Shown: positions 1-10,221 of the stretch, piece after piece
How the letters are laid out: every line of letters begins with the position of its first letter
Numbering within the stretch: the stretch's first letter is position 1
Source: Gracilinanus agilis
Taxonomy: Eukaryota
Direction: 5' to 3'
NCBI RefSeq assembly: GCF_016433145.1
Contig: NC_058133.1
Location: 503,417,669-503,475,445, forward strand
DNA: 57,777 nt
Notes under the pieces: generated by a model
What the model was told of the DNA's origin: nothing
The model's input: the letters and a program-made list of their open reading frames with translations, nothing else
Databases searched by the model: none
Made by a program: the position numbers and the translations under genes

Positions 1-207
1 AGAGGGGGGGAAGGAGGAGAGGGGGAGAGAGAGAGAGGAAGGGGAGAGAGAGAAAAGAGAAAGAGAGGGAGGAGAGAGAGAAGAGAGAGAGAAAGAGGGA
101 AGGAGGAGAGGGGGGAGAGATAGAGAGGGAGGAGGGGGGAGAGAGAGGAGAGAGAGAGAGGGAGGAGAGAGAGAACAGAGGGGGGAGAGAGAGCGAGGGA
201 AGGAGGA
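1..207. repeat. GA-rich simple repeat
   Basis: Almost pure purine (gagagaggga...) tract. Confidence 0.95.
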
Positions 208-1604
208 CATTCACTTGCCCGTGTACCCCCTGCCCCCCAATACTTCCAGGCAGCTGTTCACTGGGCCTCAGCTCCACGGCTCTGCCCTCTCCAGTCTCAG
301 CACAGAGAAGGGGTGCCGAGGGCTGGCAGGCACGAAGGGGGCTGAGCCCTTTGGGCTTCACCCACAAACCACTCAGGCCTAGTTTGAATTGCTAGCACGA
401 TGCTCCTTGGATGGAAACCTGTGTGGCTCCGTCAGATCCAAATGCAGCCACAGGAGAAGCCGTTAGCTGGCAGACCCGCTCGGTCACATTCTCAAAGGTT
501 ATGAGTTCGGGGAGGTGTCTGTCTGTGAAGTTGGGGTCGATGACGAATAGTGCTTGTGCCGGGCTCCCCTCCCTTTGGCGCACGGACCGCGGCTCCCCAG
601 AGAGAGGACGCCCATCCCCCGGCCCGCACCAGGCGACGCGGCACAAGCGATAGAGGGACCAAGAATGCATCCGGAGGCCTTGTTTTAGTCTGACCGGGAA
701 GCCTTATGGACGGTCTTTAGGCCACAAAGGCACCCCGAGGCGCTCTGACAGCCTCTCAGGAAGGCCAAGGACTGCCCTGGGCCGCCCAGGAAACTCTTCC
801 TGGAACTAAGTCATCAGAGCCGGAAAAGGGGAGTGAATGAATCGGAGGAACACAAGACTTCTGGAGGCCGCCTCCGAGCGGGCGGAAAGGAGACTCCTGG
901 GAGAGGCACGAGAGGCTGCTCGGTTCTGGGGAAACGATTCTCCCAAGTTCTGTGGCTTATTCTGCGAGGCGACTCCGAGTCAGTCAGCAAACTCTGCAAA
1001 CTGGCTTCCTCCTCTTGAGGAATTCTGTCGTATCTGGGAATGCCACACATTCCGAGTGTTGGGATTCCAAGGAAGGGGAGCTCCGAAGGACCAGGTCCTG
1101 GCCGGGCCTCTCAGCATTCCTGGGGCTTAGCCCAGGGCCCATCCGGAGCAGGCACCGACGGCCAAGGTTTGTTGACCGACTGTGAGTGGAAGTAGCTGTG
1201 TAAGAGCCTCCCGAGTCGGGGGATTTCTTTCTCTGTCTGAGCAGGAAGATGTTTAAAATAATTTAATCCATAGATCGGTCTCTGGGAGGCGGCTATCCAC
1301 CACGCAGAGTCTCCCTTCCAGCCTCTCCGGTGGGTGACGCTCCTCCTTCGGATCTCTGAGCCGCCCGCACGGACCGCTCGCGGTGCCTCCGCCCAGGACT
1401 CTGCGGCCATCCTGGAGCCTCCGCAGCGGCCAGTCCTCCCGCCTGGGCCGGGCCGGGCCCCCCTTCCTGGGACAGCCGGGGGGGCCCCGCTGGTGCCCGA
1501 TGGAGGGGGGGCGTCCCCCGAGGCTCAGAACTCCCAAACGTCATGGCAAGAACTAAGAGCTGCCTTCCACACGCAGCCTTTCCTGATTCCGGTGACGGCG
1601 TGAG

Positions 1605-1845
1605 CACGCACACGCATGCACGCCCACGCACACCTACACACGTACGCACACGCACACCCATGCATGCACACGCACACCCATGCACGCACACGCACACACA
1701 CCCATGCACGCACACGCACACCTACACACGTACGCACACGCACACCCATGCACGCACACACACCCACGCACGCACACGCACACACACATGCACACGCACA
1801 CGCACACCCATGCACATGCACATGCACGCACACGCACACACGCGC
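1605..1845. repeat. (CACG/CACA)n alternating purine-pyrimidine low-complexity repeat
   Basis: Tandem cacgcacac/cccatgca units. Confidence 0.95.
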
Positions 1846-2559
1846 TCCTCCTGTCTCCCCTCCTCCTCTGGGAGGTTAAGCCCAGAGTCCCCGTTGCTCT
1901 GCGTCTCACCAGAATCCAAGTCCTTCCTGGAGGACGAGCCGCAGAGGGCGCTCCTTGGGGTCCGTCCACGCAAGGATCCCGCCCGGAGGGGGCCGCACTG
2001 GGAGGGCCGGCAAGGAGGAGGCTGGTTGGTTCTGTGGCCCAACAAAAGCGGGAACCAGGACGGCGCGGTGGGCTGCAGAGGGCGCCGGAGGAGGCGGCTC
2101 CAGGCTTGTCTTCTGACTCTCGTCTTGCCTTTCTCCAGGCTCTCTCAGGATGTCATTCGAATACAGAAGCTCTGCCTTCAGCCAGGAGGACCTGGATTCG
2201 AGTTCCGCTTTGCGTGCAGGTAAGCGAACGCCCTCATCCCTGCGCCAGGCCCGGCCCTTCCCGCCACCTTCGTCGGCGCTCTCAGCCAGAAACACGCCTG
2301 ACGGGGCCACGACGGGCTCGAAGAGCGCCGCGGGAGGGCCGGACGAAGAAGAGCCTCTCGGCGGTCTGCCCGTCTCTCCTCCCCGGCCGCGGGCCGGCCT
2401 TCCCCCCGTGAGCCCAAAGCGGGCAGAGAACGCCTCGACTGAGGGCAGGAGAGCCCGAGCTTGTGGGTCTACGTGGAGGACATCCTGAAAGCGGGGAGTC
2501 ACGGAGAAACGAGTGGGGAGAACCTCCAAGCCGAGCAGCTGCTGGCTCCGTGGGGAGAG

Positions 2560-2765
2560 GCAGGGCCTGGAGTCAGGAGGACCTTCCTGAGGCACTTACT
2601 AGCGGGGTGACCCTGGACGAGTCATTTAACCCCGTTTGTCTCCGTCTTCTCATCTGGAAAATGAGCCGGAGAAGGAAACGCAGACCCTCCAGTGTCTGCC
2701 AAGAACACCCCAAACGGGGTCACGAAGAGTCGGGCAAGACTGAAAAACAAGTGAACGACAACAAA
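2560..2765 (+). mobile_element. MAR1-type core SINE (RTE/BovB-like tail)
   Basis: ggagtcaggaggacc head, gtgaccctgg..tcatctg..aaatgag core, and tail gccaagaacaccccaaacggggtcacgaagagtcggg..actgaaaaacaagtgaacgacaacaaa. Confidence 0.8.
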
Positions 2766-3074
2766 TCTGAAAAGCCGGAGGCGAAGCTTCCATCTGCCGG
2801 GAATGATTCCGCACGTGAGCCTGACTGAGAGCCGCTGATCAGAGCCGGCAATGAAATGAGAATCAGGACACGAGCCACGCGCTCCACGGCCGGCCATCCT
2901 CGAGACCAGCCCAGCTACGAGGGAGGCCCAGAGGCACCCGCTGCCGGGCTCCGCGGCCCCACCTGGGAACGGCCCCAGGGCCCCGCTGCCCGCTCAGACT
3001 GAGCCACTCTGGCCACGCTGGACCGCTGGCCGCTCGGACTGAGCCATGCTGGCCACGCTGTGCACGACGGCTCT

Positions 3075-3240
3075 GCGATGGGTTAATCTGTGTCTGACCT
3101 CCAGCCTCCGGCCTGCGCTCTTCTGGCCCCGTAAGCGCTGCGTGCCTCAGTGTCCTCGTCTGTAGAAATGAGGTAGCAGAAGCAGCCCCGTCCCAGCTTG
3201 TTGGCCGCAAACAGCACTCGCTGCTATTATTATGAGGACT
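3075..3240 (+). mobile_element. MIR, strongly diverged
   Basis: gcctcagtgtcctcgtctgtagaaatgagg is a degenerate MIR core. Confidence 0.55.
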
Positions 3241-3879
3241 CGAGGCTCGGAGGGCCTCCCTGGGGCCTGCGGCGGGCTGGACGCTGAGGAGGCAGACAAA
3301 GAGGCCGGGAGGCCAGCAGGGCACAGCCCTGAATGGAAACCAAAGCTGCCTCCCGCCGCAGCCTCCTTCCCCAGCACCAGACTTTGCTCTTCGCTTCCTT
3401 CTTTCTGCCGGGCCCATCTTGGTCCTTGCGGTCCCCCAGGGGGGCCTCCCAGAGGCCGGCCTCACCTCCTCTCCCTGCATCGCTCCGTCTCCACAAGAGG
3501 CCTCGCCGTCCATCCCCTGCTCTTCCCTCAAGCCGTGACGGGCTGAATCCAAGCTCTACCTCTCCGCCGGCTCCTCCTCCCCCCTGGCCTCTCCGAATGA
3601 GTGAGTGAACAGGTGAGAGCACGGGAAGGCCCTCCTCTGTCCCCCACAGATCTGCCAGGTCACCCCCAAAGCAAGAGGCTCCTCGGCTTCCAGGCCAAAG
3701 GGTGGGCCAGACAGTCCTGGGCCTTCCCTCACGCCCTGGCCCCGGTCGCTCCCTCCGCCTCTGGGCCCAGGGCCTGCCCCGGTTCTGGTCTCATTTCCGT
3801 TCTGTTCTTTCCTCCAGTTAAATGGATGCTTTTTGACAGCAGAGACGAAATGTTTTTGCCTTCCTTTCTCCAGCCCCTT

Positions 3880-3932
3880 CATAAGGGCCTGGCACGTAGG
3901 AGGCATTTAATAAAGGCTTGCTGAATTCATGA
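3880..3932 (+). mobile_element. L2 3' end fragment
   Basis: gggcctggcacgtaggaggcatttaataaaggcttgctgaat resembles the L2 tail. Confidence 0.65.
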
Positions 3933-4688
3933 ATGGCTCCAGCCTATCTCGCCAGGATGATCGCACAGGATTCCCCCCAAACACATTCTCTATTGCAGCC
4001 CCCCTTTTCCCCTGCCTCCACACTGTTGCCTAGGCTGTGCTCCATGCCTAGAAGGCCCTCCTTGGCTTTCTCCCCCATTCAAGCTCCAGAAGGGAGACAA
4101 GAGCAGTTTGTTATCCCTTGAGGGCGAGACCCCTCAGTCTGCCACGGGGGGATGACAGGAGGAGGCACCAGCCCCTGCGGAGAGCAGCGAGTAGGGTGGG
4201 GGGAAGGGAGGTGGGTGGCATTGGGGGATGGGATGGGGATGGGCAAGGCCAGGGAGAGCCACCCGGAGGAAGACGTAGAGGAGCACCGGCTTGGGAGTCA
4301 GAGGTCCCAGCTAAAATGAGGGGTTTCTGGGGTCCTGATGATCCGAGGCCAAGTCTCTCTTCAGAAGCTTCTTCTGAGCTGGCTCAGAAGACGGTGGCTA
4401 GAAGCTTGGAAATGTGGGGAGCAGCCCCCCCCCAAAGGCATCTGGTGTGTCAGCTCCCCAAGGGCCCAGAGGGCTTCAGTCTGAGCTCCCGAGGAAACAG
4501 AAAGGGACGAGGAGATCATAGCACGAATCAGCGGAGAAACCTCACATAGATCCAACCTCTGTGTGCGAAGCTCCATGGTGGGGAAGACTTCAGGGAGCCA
4601 CATCTCTGCAGCACCCCAATGTCCATCCGTCCAACAGGCACTGCCCTGGGAGAGAGCTTCTGTCCTGAACGGTGGAGCCTGAAGCACA

Positions 4689-5620
4689 TTTCTTTTTTTT
4701 AAAATTGATTCATTAAGAATATTTTTCCATGGTTAAATGATTCATATTCTTTCTCTCCCCTTCTCCCACCCCCCTCCTGTAGCCAATGAGCAGTTCCACT
4801 GGGTTTTACATGTGCCATTGATCAAGACCCATTTCCATATTATTGATATTTGCACCGGGGTGATTGCTTAGAGTCGACATTCCCAACCATATCCCCATCA
4901 ACCCATGTGTTCAAGCAGTTGTTTTTCTTCTGTGTTTCCTCTCCTGTATTTCTTCCTCTGAATGTGGATAGCATCTTTTCCATAAGTCCCTCAGAATTGT
5001 CCTGGGTCATTGCGTTGCTGCTAGTACAGAAGTCCATTACATTCTATTTTACCACAGTGTATCCGTCTGTGTACAATGTTCTTCTGGCTCTGCTCCTTTC
5101 ACTCTGCATCACTTCCTGGAGGTCTTTTCAGTTCACATGGAATTCCTCCAGTTGTTTATTCCTTTGAGCACAATAGTATTCCATCACCAACAGATACCAC
5201 AATTTGTTCAGCCATTCCCCAATTGAAGGGCATCCCCTCCAATTTTTTGCCACCACAAAGAGTACAGCTATAAATATTTTTGTACAAGTTTTTTTCCTTG
5301 TTATCTTTTTGGGGTATAAACCCAGCAGTGGTATGGCTGGATCAAAGGGCAGGCAGTCTTTTAAAACCATTTGGGCATAGTTCCAAATTGCCTTCCAGAA
5401 CGGTTGGATCCATTCACAACTCCACCAGCAATGCATTAGTGTCCTGATTTTGCCACATCCCCTGCAACATTCATCTCTTTCCTTTACTGCTATATTGGCC
5501 AATCTACAAGGTATGAGGTGATGCCTCAGAGTTGTTTTGATTTGCATTTCTCTATAAGAAATTTAGAGCACTTTTTCATGTGCTTATTGATAGTTTTGAT
5601 TTCTTTATCTGAAAATTGCC
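4689..5620 (-). mobile_element. L1 3' fragment (ORF2 C-terminus plus 3'UTR), 5'-truncated
   Basis: ORF 5128..5547 (MQIKTTLRHHL...CGKIRTLMHCWWSC...FDPAIPLLGLYPK...CPSIGEWLNKLWY) is L1 ORF2 C-terminal sequence. T-tract at 4689-4700 is the tail. Confidence 0.95.
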
Positions 5621-5821
5621 AAGGAACATTTCTAACAGACACCCCGAGGCTGGCAAGGCAGGAGGAGCTGGGAGCAGCTGAGGGCAAGCATTGGGGTATG
5701 GGGAGTCTAGGAAGGGAGGGGATTCCTGCCCAAGAGGGTCTGGGGAGGAGTCCTGTATGGAACCAAGGTGCCATGAGGCAGAAGGAGAACATTCTGGGTT
5801 AGGGGGGATGGGACAGGGTCA

Positions 5822-5950
5822 GGGCTACCTGGTGAGCTAGATGGCTCAGTGGATAGAGTTGGGCCTGGAAATGGGTTCAAATCGGACCTTAGACACTTTT
5901 TAGCTTGGTAACCCTGGGTAAGTCACTTCACCCCTGATGTCTGAGTGCAT
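5822..5950 (+). mobile_element. Core-SINE fragment (MIR/MAR1/SINE1-like)
   Basis: gatggctcagtggatagag..gggttcaaatc..gtaaccctgggtaagtcactt. Confidence 0.65.
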
Positions 5951-6329
5951 TTTTAAGTCCAGGAAGATCCTTCCCCATCTTCATCACAAACCTTTCTAAA
6001 ACACAAAATAAACTATAGCAGGACAGTAAAAGGGCAGGAAGCAGCCAGAAATCCAGGCCTCCTCACGGCCATTTAAGTGGACTCCTCAGCCTGTCAAAGG
6101 GATGACATTTCCATTTCTAACCTAAAGATTGGACACGATGCTCCATCAGCAAACTCGCGGTAATGTGGACAAACAAAACAAAACTTTCTGAAGCCAACAC
6201 ATACCCAGGAAGGGGGGGGCAGCTCATCTCCATCAGCCTGCCACTAGAAGGGACCTAAGAGCCAGCTCGTTTTACAATGAAGGAAACTGAGGCATGAAGC
6301 ATTAAAGTGCCTTAGAACCGGACGACCAG

Positions 6330-6490
6330 AGAGCTGGAGAGGGCCCTGGAGGCCCCCATCCAACCCCCTTATTTTACAGGAGAGAACATGGAAGCCCCAA
6401 CAAGGAGAAGTGACTGGCCCAAGGTCACTCAGGTGACAGGCGAGAAGCGGGATCTGAACCTAGGGCCTCTGACGTCACATCCTGTGCTCA
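6330..6490 (-). mobile_element. MIR/MIR3
   Basis: ttattttacagg..aagtgactggcccaaggtcactcagg..gggatctgaacctagggcctctgac. Confidence 0.65.
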
Positions 6491-7239
6491 TTATTCCACT
6501 AAGTAAAACTCTCTTGCAAAGTTTCCCCTGGACTAGGAACTTTCTAGGTGAGAAAATGTCTTAGGAGAAACATGAGGAATTCGGGTTCAGGTGGGCCTTA
6601 AATACATCGAAATAGCACCTGGGGATGTCTTCAGTATAAAACTGGGAGCAGGCTTTGCCCCAACTCCTAGTGTTTTCTGGGACGAGTACCGGGAGCTCCT
6701 GGTGAGGCCTGCCGATGCCTGCTGGGCAACAGACTGCCTCAGGGTCTCAAAGCCAGAAAGGGGTCTGGGTTCAAATCCTATCTCAGTGGTTTCCTCCTGT
6801 GTGACAACCTCCACATGGCCCCCTTTCCCCCTTTGTAAAACAAGGGGATTGGCCCAGAAGGTCCCCAACTGCCGGCTCTTCCTCCGATTCTGGGTATTAG
6901 AGGCAGGTCTTGAGGCCGGGCCTCCCTGACCAGAGACCAGCTCTCCCCACTAGCTCTGGCCTGCAGCATGCACAAGAAACTTCAGCTTATTGTCTGAAAA
7001 GTGCCTAATGGGCCAGAGTAAAAACAGCTCCAGTCCTAAAGATCCCCCTCCCCCACCGCGGAACGCCAAATGACCCAGAACCTCCTCACTCGCAGCTTCA
7101 GGCCCATCTCTGCCGTGGAAGCCCACAGGAGACCCTGGCAAGAGCCCCCAGAATGGCACAGCACAGACTTGGTCACAGCAAGAAACAGCAAAACATGGCC
7201 AAAGCCGAGATGAAGAAAGAGAATCAGGCCTGGGACTGA

Positions 7240-7720
7240 GGGAGGGGACAGGGAAAGGGAGACGGGGAGGGAGGGAGAGACAGAGAGAGACAGAGACAGA
7301 CCAAGGGGAGGTAAGAGAGACAGAGGAGAGACAGAGAGACAGAGATAGAGACAAGGGGAGGTAAGAGAGACAGAGGAGAGAGAAGAGAAGCAGACAGAGA
7401 CAAGGGGAGATAAGAGAGANNNNNNNNNNNNNNNNNNNNNNNNNNNNNNNNNNNNNNNNNNNNNNNNNNNNNNNNNNNNNNNNNNNNNNNNNNNNNNNNN
7501 NNNNNNNNNNNNNNNNNNNNNNNNNNNNNNNNNNNNNNNNNNNNNNNNNNCAGAGGAGACAGAGGAGACAGAGACAAGGGGAGGTAAGAGAGACAGAGGA
7601 GACAGAGGAGACAGAGACAAGGGGAGGTAAGAGAGACAGAGACAAAGGGAGGTAAGAGAGAAAGAGACAGAGACAAGGGGAGATAAGAGAGACAGCAGAG
7701 AGAAAGGAGAGAGGAGAGAC
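7240..7720. repeat. Purine-rich degenerate tandem repeat spanning an assembly gap
   Basis: Units such as gagagacagaggagacagagacaaggggaggtaa on both sides of N-run 7420-7550. Confidence 0.9.
7420..7550. other. Assembly gap (131 N)
   Basis: N-run. Confidence 1.
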
Positions 7721-8580
7721 AGATACAGACCACGGGGAGAGGGAGCCTGGGGGGAGACAGAGCAGGCCAGCCTAGAGAAGCCTGATCCTGAGATCCTCCC
7801 GGGCTTCCCAAAGTCCATTTGCTCGGGCCGGGATGACGGTACCTGGCCCTGGGAGCCAGCGGGAGGCCTGCAGTGAGGGAAATGATGCTGAGAGCTGGGG
7901 AGGGGGCTGGGCACCTACTCAGTTGGGCAGTGCCTCTGCCTGGTGCCCCCATGGGTGAGCCTTGAAGGCTGTGACTCCTTCCATCCCTCTGATTCCTGGG
8001 GAGGGAGAGTTTTGGCTAGGTTTAGACCAGCCGCTGGCTCACATTTACAGTTTTTTTCACGTGGGAAATGCCTTTTCTGCTTTTTACTATCTCCTGAAGC
8101 TCCGAGGCCCACCCCAAAGCAATCTCCTTGGACTTGAGGCTTGGGGAGCCCCCGAGACTCAGGCATCTCTGGTCCTCCTGAAGGCCAGAACCATGGGACT
8201 CCCCGTCCCTGGGGCGACTTGACCGGCCCAGACATCCCTCGCTCCTCTGCCTCCCGTCCCACAGAAGCATCGAAGGCAGCCCACCTCTTGGCCACGTTCT
8301 GCTTCCCTGGGGTCTGCGGCTCATCCGTTCAAAAGCCACCCGAAAGGGCAGGGAAGACTCAGTGAACCCCCTTCTCTGTCTTCCACAAAATGTTAAGAAA
8401 TGGGAGGGAAGCACTGTGAGGCGGTCTGGGCAGTGTGAAGACGGGTAGAGCAGGGTGATGCAGAGAAAAAAGGGAGAAGCAGAAACAGAGGGGAAAGACA
8501 GGAAGAAGGAGGGGAGCTAAGTGGGGACCCCGAGTGTGAAGGCTGGGAGGAGAAGAAGGCATTCCTCTGTGCCTCTAGAT

Positions 8581-8795
8581 CAGGGGTTTGTAACCTTTTT
8601 CACAGCGGGGACCCCATGGGTGGTCAGGCCAAGTCAATGGACCCCAACTTAGAGGAATGATTTTAAATCCATAAAATAGGATATATGAGAAACAGGTGAT
8701 GCTGAAATAGTTTTCTGTGGACACAGAGCTAGACGTTACATAGCATGTAGACATTCGTACACTTGTGTCTCATCTCACCGGGTTAAGAATTCCTG
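8581..8795 (+). mobile_element. hAT-Charlie non-autonomous DNA transposon (Charlie4z-like)
   Basis: ctctagat|caggggtttgtaacctttt...gggttaagaattcctg|gtctag shows degenerate TIRs at an NTCTAGAN-type target. Internal ggacccc motifs. Confidence 0.75.
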
Positions 8796-8800
8796 GTCTA

Positions 8801-9000
8801 GGGGGCAGCCGGGTGGCTCAGTGGATGGAGAGCCAGGCCAAGAGGCGGGAGGTCCTGGGTTCAAATCTGGCCTCAGCCCCCTCCTAGCTGGGTGACCCTG
8901 GGCAAGTCACTTACCCCCACTGCCTAGCCCTTACCACTCTTCTGCCTCAGAACCTGCACACACTGTTGATCTAAGACAGAAGGTGAGGGGGCTTAAAAAC
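8801..9000 (+). mobile_element. SINE1_Mdo-type SINE with 16-bp TSD
   Basis: ggggcagccgggtggctcagtgg..gggttcaaatctggcctcag..gtgaccctgggcaagtcactt..cccttaccactcttctgcc. TSD aagaattcctggtcta (8785-8800) / aagtattcctggtcca (9001-9016). Confidence 0.92.
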
Positions 9001-9735
9001 AAGTATTCCTGGTCCAAAAGAATGAAGCCAGATGGAGAGCCCGAGCAGAGCTGCTGGTGGGGGTGGGCCGGGCTGGGTAAAGGTGTCTCGTGTTCGTTTT
9101 CTCTGTCTGCTTTTGCCAGCACAGGGCGGACGGCCACAGATGCTTCTTCCTGACCCCGTCCTGTTGGGTTTACCTTTGTAAAGGTGCCACTTCTCCAAAT
9201 GGAAGCGAGATTATCTCGCCTAATCCCCTGCGCTGACAAAGAAGCGGCCAAGTCCTAGAGAGATGAAGCCACGTGCCTTCCACTCCCCGCCGAGAGAGCA
9301 GAAGCCCCCCAGCACGCCTCCTCCTCCCCCGCCCCCTCGGCCTCGCTCCTCTCCGGCCCGCTGACCTCCCCATGGCAGGCTGCCGTCCGTCCACAACGCC
9401 GGAGCTCGGCACGCGTGTGGCTCTCAGGCTGGGCCCAAACGAAAAGGGCCTGTGAGGGCCTGCGGGGCTCGGACGTCCCAACGGAAACGCCGCCAAAGCC
9501 ATCAGGATTCCGCGAGGCCTTCCGCCCCCGGCCGAAACGCTCCCGGCCTTCTCCGTGGCCGGGCAGAACGTCGGTCTCCTCAGGCCCGGCTCGACACGGG
9601 CGGCTGCCATCCCCAGCACGCCCGGCGCCGTCCGGAAGAAAGTGCGTCTCCAGCCTCAGCCCTGCCCGTTGCTACTCCTACGCAGGCGCCCTCATGAGCA
9701 GAAACCTCGTCCGCTCTCTGGCTGCTGCGTCCGAA

Positions 9736-10221
9736 ACCCTCTGATGGGGGCCAGGCAGACGGTCAGCGTGCCGGGCTCCTCGCCCTCTGACGGGGGCAGC
9801 CGGACGGTCAGCATGCCGGGCTCCTCACCCTCTGACGGGGGCAGCCGGATGGTCAGCGTGCCGGGCTCCTCACCCTCTGAAAGGGGCAGCCGGACGGTCA
9901 GCGTGCCAGGCTCCTCACCCTCTGACGGGGGCAGCCGGACGGTCAGCGTGCCGGGCTCCTCGCCCTCTGACGGGGGCAGCCGGACGGTCAGCGTGCCGGG
10001 CTCCTCACCCTCTGACGGGGGCAGCCGGACGGTCAGCGTGCCGGGCTCCTCACCCTCTGACGGGGGCAGCCGGATGGTCAGCGTGCCAGGCTCCTCACCC
10101 TCTGAAAGGGGCAGCCGGACGGTCAGCGTGCCAGGCTCCTCACCCTCTGACGGGGGCAGCCGGACGGTCAGCGTGCCAGGCTCCTCACCCTCTGACGTGG
10201 GCCAGACCAGGCTCCTCACCC
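9736..10221. repeat. 45-bp minisatellite, about 10 copies
   Basis: Unit acggtcagcgtgccgggctcctcaccctctgacgggggcagccgg, seen as repeated TVSVPGSSPSDGGSR in the ORF track. Confidence 0.97.

Noticed and set aside
1525-2411. Long His/Thr/Cys/Val-rich ORFs
   Set aside because: Translations of the CACG simple repeat.
2463-2828. ORF ending ...KRGHEESGKTEKQVNDNKSEKPEAK..., which looks like a protein C-terminus
   Set aside because: It is the MAR1-type SINE body and tail read in frame.
6950-7952. 231-292 aa Ser/Leu-rich ORFs
   Set aside because: They run through a simple repeat and an N gap.
9736-10221. Minisatellites as a CRISPR array or as Rsx-like lncRNA repeats
   Set aside because: There are no unique spacers and the DNA is mammalian. 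The locus is a CUX1 intron, not the X-linked Rsx region as far as I know.
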